A DNA stretch of 64,000 bases from Sphyrna mokarran. Taxonomy: Eukaryota. The translations under genes were made by a program, and so were the position numbers. Position 1 is the first letter of the stretch, and each line of letters begins with the position of its first letter. The DNA is taken from positions 20,584,001 through 20,648,000 of the forward strand of contig JAGIQG010000008.1 in assembly GCA_024679065.1 (NCBI GenBank), given 5' to 3'. A model generated the notes under the pieces. It did not search any database, was not told where the DNA came from, and saw only the letters and a list, made by a program, of their open reading frames with translations. Below, in pieces: positions 52,767-64,000 of the stretch.

Positions 52767-52868
52767 CACCTTCTCCAGTTAGAACATATAATGATTGGCT
52801 TTGAATTCCTTCCCCTTTGCTAGTACTTGCAGATATTTTTAAGGAGTATTTTTCATTCGCCTTTAAAC
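52767..52868 (-). CDS. PTPRQ: PTPRQ exon, FN3 C-half (GLKANEKYSLKISASTSKGEG)
   Basis: ttcacag acceptor, G|gtaagc donor, 102 nt. Confidence 0.95.
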
Positions 52869-53177
52869 CTGTGAAATGTGAGTACAGAAAATATTTTTTA
52901 TTCTCTGCACATACTTCAATCACTGCATGTATGTAGTAAAATAAATATCGCATAAATTTTGATATCATAATTTTTTTGTAGTTTATACCAAAATCATGCC
53001 ATTATGCTTACACAGAGGGGCAAGATTTGTGTAGTGCCAGTACTCTTGTGGAACGTCAGAGAACAGTTACATTAAACTTCACTGCTTGGACTAGATAGGA
53101 AAATATGTTCCTCTGATTTCACTGTAGCCAAACATAAGTAAATGTCTTTGTAATTATTTCTTTTGAAAAACTGTGCA

Positions 53178-53436
53178 TTTATTTATTAGTCACAAATAAG
53201 GCTTACATTAATACTGCAATGAAGTTACTACAAAATTCCCCCAGTAACCATACTCTGGTGCCTATTTGGGTCAATGCACCTAACCAGCACAACTTTCAGA
53301 CTGTGTGAGGAAACCGGAGGAACCCACGTAGACACAGGAATAATGTACAGACACACAGACAGTGACCCAAGCCAGGAATTGAACTGGGATCCCTGACACT
53401 GTGAGGCAGCAGTGCTAACCACTTTGCTACCTTGCC
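53178..53436 (-). mobile_element. HE1-like V-SINE
   Basis: Same head, core and tail as the 17356 and 43213 copies, in reverse orientation. Confidence 0.86.
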
Positions 53437-55157
53437 ACATTATTTTAACAAAATCGTAATCAAACTCTGACAGAAGACATGTGTGATTTCACTAGAAAGT
53501 GCAAATTTAGGGGGTGTGATTTTTCCATCCAGCTGTGCTAATTGAGCACTGTAGTGGAGTGAGAAATAAATTTCTCGCCTCTCCTGATACTGCCGGCCCT
53601 ACTCTGCCCGTGAAATCAACCTCATGCCCAGGGAAGCCTAAAGGGTTAAGGCTTAACGGCATAACTCATGTGCACAACAATGAAGTTTCATTCATGAATG
53701 GATAGTTTACATAAACTATCTTTGTTATTTTTATTTAACTGTCTCTCATTTAGTTCTGACATGGAAAACTCATCATTTTCTGTCACATAAATTACTTGTT
53801 TTAGAAGAACGGATTGATGTTTTTTTGAGGGGTTGCAACAATATAGGCTGAATAAGTTTCCCAGTATGAATGGGAAAGCTGAGGTTTCAGTGAGCTGAAC
53901 TAATACCCAACTAACAGCACTGGATCAGCCAACTGTTCTACATGAGATCAGAATGGGTGTTACCTGGGCAGGCAATCCATTCCAGTCAGTTTCCTGCTGG
54001 GGGTTTACACTAAAATTTTCTGACAATATTACTTTCGAGGATTCATCAAGTGGCTGGTTTATAAATTGTTGGAACGTTCACATTAGTGAGAAGGGAACAA
54101 CTGCAACCAGAAGGAAAAAACACAGATCGGACCAATATTCTTATTTTGCTATTTTACTGCTTTTTCCCTTCTGGGGTTCTTGCAACTTTTCCAGGTTTTA
54201 TCAGATATATTTATTACATGTTACCCACTTTGACATGAGCTATCCCATTTAATAAGCAAATAAAGATCACCCAAGCTTTGGCAGGCAAAGCTGGATGGCA
54301 TGAATCAGTGAGATCCAACATATTGGCTGGAATTTTCCAGCCGTTCTGGCCAATGGGATCTTCTGGGATGGCAAACACCCGCTGCAGGTTTACCAGCAGC
54401 AGGAGTGACCCATTGGCAATGGCAGGACTAGACAATCGCCCCATCAGCCAATGGCGAGCCACTACAAAACACCTGCAAGGGACATGGAAAATTCCACCCA
54501 TAGTTACCAGATTTTAAGTACATCAATTAATGCCACATATAATTTACGAAACATTCTCTGGAGTCACATATATGCCAGACAAGGTAAGGACAACAGGTTT
54601 CCTTACTTAAAGCGAACTACATGAGTGTTTCTAACAATTGGCAATGGTTTCATTAAGTGTCTTAATTCCAAATATTTTTTATTGAATTCAAATTCCACCA
54701 TTTGCTGTGGCAGGGTTCAAACCCAAGTCCCTAGAACATTTGCTGAATTTCTGGATGAGAAGTCTCACATGATACCACTTGGCCATAGCAGTTTATGTCA
54801 GTGTACGTTAATTAAACAGGACAAATTGAGAGATGTGCAATTCAAATCTAAATCCCAGTTGTGCACAACGTCATCACAACAAAGTGGATTTTCTGGTCTT
54901 GTGTGTCCTTGAACAATACAGGAAAAAACATACCCTAAAGCCATTTTTATGAAGTCAATGTCCCTTTCATAGGTCATTTTTTCCCTTTACATATGATTAA
55001 GTCAAAACTTCACTCTCGGTGGTCCTGTATAACGAAGTGAATTGGTGTATAATTCTCTGGAAACAAAACTAAACAAGCACCTTGATATCTTAACACATGT
55101 CTTCAAAACCTAATAAAAAGAGAAATAACAATTTTCAATAAATGGACTTTAACTTAC

Positions 55158-55340
55158 CTGTTATATTGATGGTCAAGTTTGTACTGTTTACAGTGAGCGC
55201 TTCACTACCATTTCGGGCTGTCAGATACAGTGTATAGAACTGGATAATTCCATTAGGAGTTGGTGGTGGAAGAAAGGAGATTTCAACATCCAAAGGAGAA
55301 AGAAATATATATGTGATATTTTGTGGTGCGCTATCTGGAA
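55158..55340 (-). CDS. PTPRQ: PTPRQ exon, FN3 N-half (VPDSAPQNITY...SFLPPPTPNGIIQFYTLYL)
   Basis: ttacag acceptor, G|gtaagt donor, 183 nt; this frame is not in the ORF track. Confidence 0.95.
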
Positions 55341-56959
55341 CTGTAAAATAAAGGAATAGTCAAAACAGAAATAAATTTCAAACAGGTTTTGCTCTACACT
55401 TGGCATACACTGATCCATAAATGTAACTTAATGACATAATAGACAGTGGGACCAACATTTTTAGATTATGCTGGTTTCCTAACAAATTTGTCCTGGGTGG
55501 CTACTACGTCTGCATGGGTCTATGAATACTGGCCTAATTGATGTCTGGGGTCAAGCTTGTTCTGCATCCTACCAACCTCCCCACAACACAACCTTACTCT
55601 CATGCCTTTCACTTTTTGGACAACCAACAACTGCCCAAGCAGTGAGCAACTGCAAGAAGACAACAACGAAGGAGATGCACTGTCACTCGATTTCACACAT
55701 TGCAGTCACCAGCTCAGCTTTTGACACTGTGCATAATGGAGAGGATAGCATTGCAGTCGTATCTGCATGGGAGGCCCACAATTGGAGCAGAGGACAAGGA
55801 AGGACTGCCTGGAAGACAGCAATTGCGTACATGTATCCTGCTCCAGAGGACTCAGATGAGCACTTCAATAGGTGGCTTATAGGATAATGCTGACGGATAT
55901 GCACAACAAATACTTGGGGGACATATGGAAGCCTAGAAGAAAGCCCGTGGCCAATGTCAAGAAGCATGAAGGAGTCCAGCAACAACCTGGCACAAAGCTT
56001 GGAGCCTATCCTTTCCAGTTGGTGGGTAACTGCACAAGCACACTTGTGAACTCAACTATGATGTCTTATTATTTGCTGACCAATGTCTCAGTTTCTGCTA
56101 TAGCATAAGCAGCTTCCACTACTTTTCTGAGTGTGGAAATACAGAAGACATGCAGGTCAGCTTGCTGCCATGAAGCTCAAGCTGTTGCTGTGATCATCGT
56201 GAATTATAGTGTGTGAAGGAGCTGGCAGATTGTCATAGCAGACCAGCAATCTGTATTTCAATTGATTATTAGAATTGCTGATTCATCAGTCTGGGGAAAT
56301 GGTTCTGACTCTATTGAACTCAGACTTGCAGTTCCTTTATTGAATGACAATATTCATCCTCTCACCTTTGCCAGTTCCCCAGTAGCCTTGCTGTTGCCCA
56401 TTAGCCATTTCTGTCGAGACTACCGCTGCGCATTGGTTGAAATGGCGTAGTCCACAGCAGTGCCTTCTGGACGCAGAGCTGCTCAAGGTCATATATCAAT
56501 GCCATCTGCAACCACCTTCACTGAAAGTTAGCAGCCTTCTGCCAGTCATGCTGCAGCCGCCGGGATAGTATTATGGAAGGAGTGCAAGATGAGCAATTGG
56601 AAAATGGACACTAAGAAATGTTCACAGGTGAACAGCAGATTTTTTTTATGAGGAATTATTTCATTTATTCATTTGCTTTGGACTGGATATTGTCAGGTGG
56701 CTTTTGTTTTTGCATTTTGACAAAATGAATGATATGATAGTCAATATCAGAGAAAAGTGAAGCCAATGGTTACTTTTGGTGAACGGGTATTCAGTTACAA
56801 CTATTACCCCACATGTGGATATGTTCTTCACATTCACCCCTGACAAAAAGGGGCCATCTTGATTATTTCCTTTTTCTTCCTGCTCCTCTCTCTGCACTGA
56901 TTATAAGCTGATTATTACAATGGGGAGCAAGGCCTATCTCCTCCTGATGATAAGGCTAA

Positions 56960-57720
56960 GCAGCAAGTAGCAGACCAACAGGAGTCTTAACACTTGCTCT
57001 CCTGAGCGCAGCATAGCTTCTCAAGGGCAGTCCAGGGAATAGAATAATTGTTTCAGCATGTCATGATCAGCTGCATCACATCATGTGTGTTAACATTACC
57101 TACACTGTATGAATGCAGTGCACTGTTTGTGGGTTCCTTGTCATTATTAGCACAATGTCAAAAGTAGATAGCTTTTGTTTCTCATTAGCCACCCTTCAGT
57201 TTACTATGGTGGCTAAAATACAGTTGACAAATGGATGTCATAGAATGGAAATGTCATGATCACATTGAGCTGCACTTTTCTCTGCTATGGTTAAATGTCC
57301 ACTGGGTATTGAGGGAGTGAAATTCTTTTGGTTCTGTAATAAGCAGAGTTGTTGTGCAGTGCCCACTACGCATTGTGCTTGTCATTATTGGCACTCTGCA
57401 CTGTTAGAAAACCTGTAATCCTAGTGAAGTTGTGCGTTCACTCCCCTTGCTGCTGTCTAGCAAGAGAGAATGAGATGTAGTTCATCTCAATGAATTGAAG
57501 TGTCAGCAACCTTCCATCAGCAGTTCCAGATGGCAAATTGCGAAATGTTTCAATTAACTCTGGCTCTAGCCTGGAAAGAGCCAGACACAAAAGATTCATA
57601 ATCAGGGCTATCTTCACAGACAATACTGGTGATATAGTCTCTGTAGCCCTGTTCTGAGGATGCAGTTGTGGCTGCAGCCAGCAGCATATTTCAGTGTGTA
57701 CATTCTTACAGAAGTTCACT
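56960..57720 (-). mobile_element. PIF/Harbinger transposase relic
   Basis: TISPVLSVKIAL, FVSGSFQARA...NISQFAI, FTRITGFLTVQSA and FHSLNTQ follow the HARBI1-type N-terminal and catalytic motifs in order, broken by stops and frameshifts. Confidence 0.75.
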
Positions 57721-57925
57721 GTTTGTACACATTGGGATGGTGGTGGGGCCCCGACAGCTGGGGCAACTCTGCCTCCCAGAGCTGCTGCCAATCAGAGGTC
57801 TGGCATCTCTTCAGTCTCAGCAGCACCATTAGCTCCAAGGATGCAGTGATGGATGTCGCCCTTGCACTAAGATGAGTCAAATCAAGGGTCGTTGTTGCCA
57901 TCAAGGAGTAGTAGGGAGGCAGACT

Positions 57926-58090
57926 TGCTGTCAGTCTGTGTGTGGATACAGTGTCTGTGCTGCTGTCAGTCTCTGCGTGGATACAGTGTCTGTGCTGCTG
58001 TCAGTCTCTGTGTCGATACAGTGTGTGTGCTGCTGTCAGTCTCTGTGTGGATACAGTATCTGTAATGCTGTCAGTCTGTGTGGATACAGT
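57926..58090. repeat. 35-bp minisatellite, about 4.7 copies
   Basis: Unit tgctgtcagtctctgtgtggatacagtgtctgtgc starting at 57926, 57961, 57996, 58031 and 58066. Confidence 0.9.
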
Positions 58091-59724
58091 GGGGAAAGCC
58101 GTTGCTGTCTGGAGCCCTTGGTAGATCACAAAGCAGCTGATCTAGTGACTCCTTGACTAGGCCCAGAGGGAAACCACTAGGCTTTTCAAGGCAGTCTCCC
58201 CATGTGGCAAAAAGCAAAATTCTAGTGGTAGAGGAAAGAGTCAACTAAAGGCCACTTAAGAGGCACAATTGAACTCTGGGTGAAAGTGTCTGTCCCTGAT
58301 TCTTATACAATTCCATAGAGATGGGAAGGCGATGACTAATTCACTCCCCATCTTCCCCCCATCTTCCCTCCCCAATTTAAGATTCAACACCTCGCTGCCA
58401 CTTCAAGAAGACTGGTAAAATCCAGTCTATTGTTCCTCACTGACATTCAAGATTTGCTTCTTGGATGCTATGCGCTCTCCCAGCTCTTCATCCCTTTTCC
58501 AGCAAGACCTCTATTGATTTTCCAAACAATACCTGATTCCAAGGGGAATGCCTTCTGGAGCACCCATGCCTAGAAGTAACTGGTTTGTGCTTGAAGTCAA
58601 CAAAAAGTCTTTCAGCACTCACACGCCAACCCATGTAGAATTTTGCAACTTGGAAGAAAACTGTAGTCTGCGCCAAACATTTGTGGAATCAATGATACAG
58701 CCAGAGGAAATCAACCAGCAATGAACCTAAAGCAGTAGATGACCTCTTTGAATTGTGCTGATGGTAGGGAGGGGTGGGTCTTTTCTGCTGCTGAATGTGT
58801 ATTCAGCTGTGAGAAAGGGCACTAACTGGCATATTGAGTTTCAAAATGGCACTACTGGTGTTTATTCATTGATAACATGTTCTGCTGGCTTTGGATACTT
58901 CTGGCAGTCACTCACTACCTACACGCCAAAGCCCATACCATAAGATTTTTCTCATTTTCACTGAGAGTTCTTGCATCTCACAAATGTTCTTCAATGAAAC
59001 CTTTAAGCCCTGTAGCACAGTTCACATGTTAACTTTGTTCATCCCTTCTCAAATGAACATTAATTTCCGTCACATTGCTGTATTAACACACAAATTCTCA
59101 AGTCACGTTCAAAATGCAATTTGTTTAATTCCTATTTTCAAATACTATGTTAGCAACTATAGTAATGCAAGGCTGGGAAAATGTGAGATAATTAGATAGA
59201 CATAAAAATGTCTTATGGTTTGAATGGAGTGGGAGACATTCCAAAAGTTTAAGCATAGAATAATGTAATGCCAATGGTATTTGATGGTGGGTTCCATGAA
59301 ACTGCTACTTTGGTGGAACTAATGCAGTTATAGGTCACATTAAAGAGCGAACTAGTAGGAGCTGTTATAAAAAAGTGTGGAAAAAAGTTGGAAACTTTTA
59401 AACTGAATGGGTTTTGGGTAGAATTCATTGCCAGTTTATTGTTAACCCTTTGCTCTCAGTATAAATGGACCAGCAAACCCTGTTAAAATGAATAGCATTT
59501 GGGTGAAAATAGTTCTTCTGGTTGAGCAAATGGTTAAAAAGATATATCAACTTCCACTGCAGATGGCTTTTTATTAGATCAGAATTATAATCCAGCTGCT
59601 GAAACCATGCATGATACATTGAGTAAGAGCTCTGGTTTTCCAATTTACTTGTAACAGCAGCACACTTCCATTTCTTTTCCTGTATCAGAAACCTAAATTC
59701 TTACCATCGCAGAACAACACTTAC

Positions 59725-60006
59725 CATCTTGTTGTGTCACCAAAAGCACAACTGGAGATGTTTGATTCCCATGGCCATACTTGGTATATGCTTTAACAGA
59801 AATGTTATAAGGAGAAAATTTCTGTAAGTCATCTAGGTAAATGTGTGTTTCTGAACTGTTCATGGTAAAGGAATCAGTGTAATTGGCGTACATGACTTCA
59901 TAGTATGTAATAATTCCATTGGATTTCTCTGGAGGTGACCAGCTCAAGTATGCAGATGTTTCAGTCACATTTTTGAAGGTGAGATTTTCAGGAGGTGTTT
60001 CTGGCT
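59725..60006 (-). CDS. PTPRQ: PTPRQ exon, whole FN3 (EPETPPENLTFKNV...LVTQQD)
   Basis: ttttag acceptor, G|gtaagt donor, 282 nt, phase 1-1. Confidence 0.96.
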
Positions 60007-60773
60007 CTAAAAGATACAGCAAAGAACATAAATTTGTTTGCTCAGATTATTTTGGAAGTATCGGTATTATTCAATAATAAATGTTTAAATTGAACTGGTG
60101 TGATGCCAAACAAATGTAAAAAATCCAAGCATCATACCAGGAAGAAATGTTGAATTGAAGGCTTAAGTTTTAAATAACTATGATTAAAAATCTCAATTTT
60201 GGCAGTCAGCTTCCTTTAATCATTTATGACACCATCTTTCATTTTGCAGTTCTCAAACTATCAGCAATGGCTTGTTACAGATATGAAGAGAAAAGTCTCC
60301 AAAAGTAAATTATTTTCCTTTTTATTGATTTTTCTTTAGTTTGGACATTTTGATTTTGAGTTTATCAAAATGAAAGGTGGCATTCCTAAGAAAATCATAG
60401 AATCATACAGCACAGAAGGGAACTTTGGGCCATTGAAAATATTCCCACTTTGGACTTACAGGGGGAGGTTTTACTATTTTAACGCTAAGCGCTGGGCAGA
60501 CTTGAAACTAGGAGCATTTCAGATCTGACTTTTAGGCCCGTTCTTATTCCCCACTCCCCACCCACATATGCACTCTGCTTGCAAAATTTTCAGTGTGCAC
60601 GATTTGCATTACAGAAGCCGGTGGGCGGGGCTTAACATGCCTGTAAGACTGCAGAGGGAGGTAGTGCGCATGTGCAGGCTACTGATGTTGCACATAGGCA
60701 TTAGCAGTTGAGTAAATAATATAATAAGGGAATAACTGGAAACTGATTTGTTTTGTTATAAAATGTTTCTTAC

Positions 60774-60881
60774 CATCTTCAAGAGTTCGCACGAAAACAT
60801 CATCCTTTTCAGAGACTGAACTTTCACCTGCAGAGGTAGATGCTGTTACCCTCATTTTATAATCCGTAAACTTTTTCAAAC
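60774..60881 (-). CDS. PTPRQ: PTPRQ exon, FN3 C-half ([21 protein letters not shown]...VRTLED)
   Basis: tgtag acceptor, G|gtaaga donor, 108 nt, phase 1-1. Confidence 0.96.
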
Positions 60882-62311
60882 CTACAATGTAAATAGAAAT
60901 ACATGACGTTTCTGGACCTGTGAAAAAGCAGTTTAAGTTGACTGCAGTGAATTGAGTGAAATGCTGCAAGCATACAAACTGAAACCATTCCCATATGGTC
61001 CTTGAAGCTGTAGTTCTACTACTGCTTTGAGACTAGCAGCTGTTATTAGGTACAGCAGCTAAAGCCAGATTTATACTGACTTTTGTCATACACTCAATAA
61101 ATGAGAATGCTTTCACACTTGTATCCCTGCACAGAAATCTACTGCATCAATAACTCTTTTTTAATTTTAGGAAACAGTAAGCAGCATTTTTTCATAATAG
61201 CAAATAAAATTATTATTTTTTCAGGTCCCTATACCATCAGCAGGATTTTGATGCAACACAATCACTGACAATTTTATACTTGTTGAAGAATGCAATAAAT
61301 ACATAAAAGCAACTCCTAACTTTATTTAAATAAGGGCTTAATGATCTTGTGCCAAATAGCTCTGCTATTACTTCCCAGTGATCTTGAATAGGGCATTCCC
61401 TTAAAAATTATCACAACGTGAAACCTCCATTTCATCACACCATATCAAGCCATCCTACGGGACTAGCTGCAGTGTCAGGGAAATGAAAACTGCTATGCTA
61501 TGAAGACAATGCTTTCACGACTTTCTCCTGTGCAAAGGAGGAATTAGCTGAACTGGACACGTAGGTTTCAGCATTGAATGCACAAAGACACATGGATTTT
61601 CATACGAATTGCATAGACTTCATGATGAGAAATAATCAGACAATTTCTTGACAATGAAAAATATTATCACATTCATTAGTGAGAATTTGTGTGCATATTT
61701 TATGCAAAAGCAAATGATGGATGAATGGCATCCAGTTTTGCTGACTCCACAGAGGAGCACCCTAAAAGAAACACCTCAAGCTTTGGTTGGATACTCCATT
61801 CTCTGTTTCATATTTTTTGACTGTCATTATCCCAACAGAAACGTGTGTAATGCTTTGGACACAATGAAGGATTGTGTGTAAAAGGCCAAAGTGCCCAATG
61901 ATTGAAACAGTACCTCCCAGAGGCCGGTGCTGTTCTTGATGCCCTTCCCATGTAACATGTGCTACAAGAATATTTGCCTTGCTCCCAATAGCAGAACACA
62001 TGTTCCCCACTTTCATCCAGGTTTGAAGGAAATCTGGACACAGTCCATCTTCCATGCATCTGAATTTTATTGGAGTGTGGCCCTCCCCCACCCCAACACA
62101 AGTATTCTTTTTTCCCTTAGATTCTAAATTTGAGCTTCCACAGTATTGGTCCATAATCTCTAAATTATAGCCCCATTGGAGGTATTTATCAACCAGGTAC
62201 TTTTTGAATTCATTCTTAATCAATAATTTTGCAAACAGATTTAATTAGTTCCAAAAAGAAGTAGCATGAAGCTCAGTTTTATAGTTACAAGCATTTAATC
62301 ATTTAAAATAC

Positions 62312-62491
62312 CTGTTAGGGTAATACTGTTGGTCGTCGCAACTTTTTGAAATGCCTCATTTGTGCCTTCCTCCACAGCATAGATAGTGTAATGAGTTATC
62401 ATACCATTAGGGAAAGCAGGTGGGTCCCATAATATCAGTATGGAAGTAGAGGTGATATTTTTATAGGTTACACTCTGCACTGAACTTGGCA
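62312..62491 (-). CDS. PTPRQ: PTPRQ exon, FN3 N-half ([30 protein letters not shown])
   Basis: ttttag acceptor, G|gtattt donor, 180 nt, follows a 97-nt intron. Confidence 0.96.
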
Positions 62492-62588
62492 CTAAAAACA
62501 ACAAAGCAAAATGTTTAGTTAACTTTGAAGAATCTGAAACGTCACCTTAATTTCTAAAACAAACATCATGGTTCCTTCAGTAACGTAC

Positions 62589-62750
62589 CGGACTGTCGTG
62601 TCTTGAAGAAAATATTGGTTGGTGGTCCTTCTCCAACAATAGTGAATGCTGACACTCTGACAGTGTAATCAGTATAAGGTACAAGATCTTTTACAACATA
62701 TGACAGCTGCTCAGATGTAGGGTCAATGACCTGGGGACTGCTTTCATTCT
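62589..62750 (-). CDS. PTPRQ: PTPRQ exon, C-terminal half of FN3 (EQLSYVVKDLVPYTDYTVRVSAFTIVGEGPP)
   Basis: tgcag acceptor, G|gtacgt donor, 162 nt, phase 1-1. Confidence 0.95.
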
Positions 62751-63239
62751 CTGCATTAGATAGAAAAAGAAAAACTTCCTCCAACAATCCTCACATTTAG
62801 TAAAGTTCACAGATATGTTAGTAGAAAATAAAATAAACCACTTAAAAAAAAGCAGGAAAGAAGCAACAAGGTGCCAAGCACAGTAGTAAATATTATTCGC
62901 AAGTATCGGCATAGGATAAAAAGCTTTTAATATTCCCTTAGATTTGTTGAATTAGGACCAACTGACTTTAAATAGGAAAATAATGAAATACTAATGTAGG
63001 CTTGCTAGAGGCAATAAGAACTATTGTAAAAAAGTTATATTCTATAAACCTGATATATATAGTGTTGTTAAAATCATAATTTATTTTCCAAAGAGATTTT
63101 GCTTTTGCTGTCAGAACACATATTCTGCAGAAAATGTTTTGTGACTCTAAAGAGCAAGTGTATACACTAATTACATCACCATGTCACTGGGTCATCACCA
63201 GCTGTTACCACTACATAACTGGAGTTATGACCTCCTTAC

Positions 63240-63786
63240 CTTCAGTGATATTTTGAAGGCCATTAGCCAGAAGCTTCCATAAAGAAGGGAATGGTGAAGA
63301 ACTTTCAGCCAGGGAAATCCCACCTGCCTTGACAACTGCAGTAACTGATCTTTTATACAACACTGATCGTGGCTTGAGAGTCATGCTGATTGTAGGGTGA
63401 GATTCAAAGGACCCTGAGGAACTGGGGGCTGTTTGTTTAGTAAATGGTTCAGTGAAGCCTGGAGTAGCTACTGAGTCTACAGTACTAGGCAATGATGTTT
63501 TAGAGTACGTTATTACATGCGATGTTAGTTGATCGGGCACAGAAGCAGCCAACCCTTTTCTGTGAGTAGTAGATATCTCAGGCAGCTCTGAGCTAACAGC
63601 AGTCAGTGCTTCAACTGATAAAAAAGTTGGAGAGGTTGCTGCAGGCTCTAAAAATGGAGATTCAGAAAATAACTCAGCAGAGCCTTCATCCAAGTCTGCA
63701 AAGGTTGCATCAGTTTCTGAACCTAATGTACTTGTTTCTGTAACCAACATACCAGAATTTACTGGCTCAGTGGCATTTTCCATTTC
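63240..63786 (-). CDS. PTPRQ: PTPRQ exon, 547 nt, Ser/Thr/Pro-rich insert (EMENATEPV...LQNITE)
   Basis: Acceptor ttttgctttag, donor G|gtaagg, stop-free frame, phase 0 to 1; contains EGSAE as recalled in the mammalian insert. Confidence 0.85.
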
Positions 63787-64000
63787 CTAAAGCAAAAAGA
63801 AAATCCCATCAATATGCATTTCAATTTGATATATCAAAATAACCAAGTTAAATATTGCATTCTACTGCCTGTTTAGTACTGCAATCAAAATATTAGTTTC
63901 AATGTTACCACCAGTATTAAATTCAACTTCCCCAATTTACTAAATATGTGACTTTTTTGATCATTGAATTGTACCTGCAACTGTGATTTTATCTGACTTT

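Larger units (their letters stand above)
3819..63786 (-). other. PTPRQ: PTPRQ gene body (partial: 27 internal coding exons; 5' exons and PTP catalytic domain outside window)
   Basis: All exons have AG/GT boundaries with compatible phases; peptides such as GLKKFRWYRFRVAASTNAG, VTSTTITIRMPICY and [28 protein letters not shown] match recalled vertebrate PTPRQ in order. Confidence 0.97.

Noticed and set aside
57926-58090. CRISPR-like array
   Set aside because: Units are head-to-tail with no unique spacers, so this is a minisatellite.
59700-59728. Second donor-like site (GATG|gtaaga) 20 nt downstream of the true donor
   Set aside because: Use would shift the frame; there is no evidence beyond an 8-9 bp match.
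61762-62223. 153-aa minus-strand ORF
   Set aside because: No FN3 or other motif, and the flanking exons 62312 and 60881 already join in phase to complete one FN3.
1-64000. A novel prokaryote-style or multi-gene system (operon, CRISPR, defence island)
   Set aside because: The DNA is spliceosomal-intron vertebrate sequence, largely accounted for by PTPRQ exons and transposon debris; there are no long intact ORFs or repeat-spacer arrays.

Overview
Eukaryotic, AT-rich, repeat-dense vertebrate DNA; the repeat set (HE1/V-SINE-like SINEs, Deu-domain SINEs, CR1 and L2 LINE fragments, Penelope-like relics, PIF/Harbinger relics and MITEs) points to a cartilaginous fish, probably a shark. The whole window lies inside one minus-strand gene, PTPRQ (receptor-type phosphatase Q). 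I traced 27 GT-AG exons from 63786 down to 3819 whose splice phases chain into one open frame. They encode a Ser/Thr/Pro-rich insert, the end of one FN3 domain, 10 complete FN3 domains, the membrane-proximal stalk, the transmembrane helix and the start of the cytoplasmic region. The 5' exons and the phosphatase domain lie outside the window. Many exons are missing from the ORF track, and most listed ORFs are spurious. I found no new multi-gene system. The best leads are two FN3 repeats of mammalian PTPRQ that appear to be absent, an enlarged mucin/proteoglycan-like exon, two juxtamembrane micro/cassette exons with splicing-regulator motifs, and decayed hammerhead cores in Penelope-like repeats. 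Comparisons with human PTPRQ and repeat consensuses are from memory, not from a search. Exon coordinates were read from splice sites; repeat boundaries are approximate.
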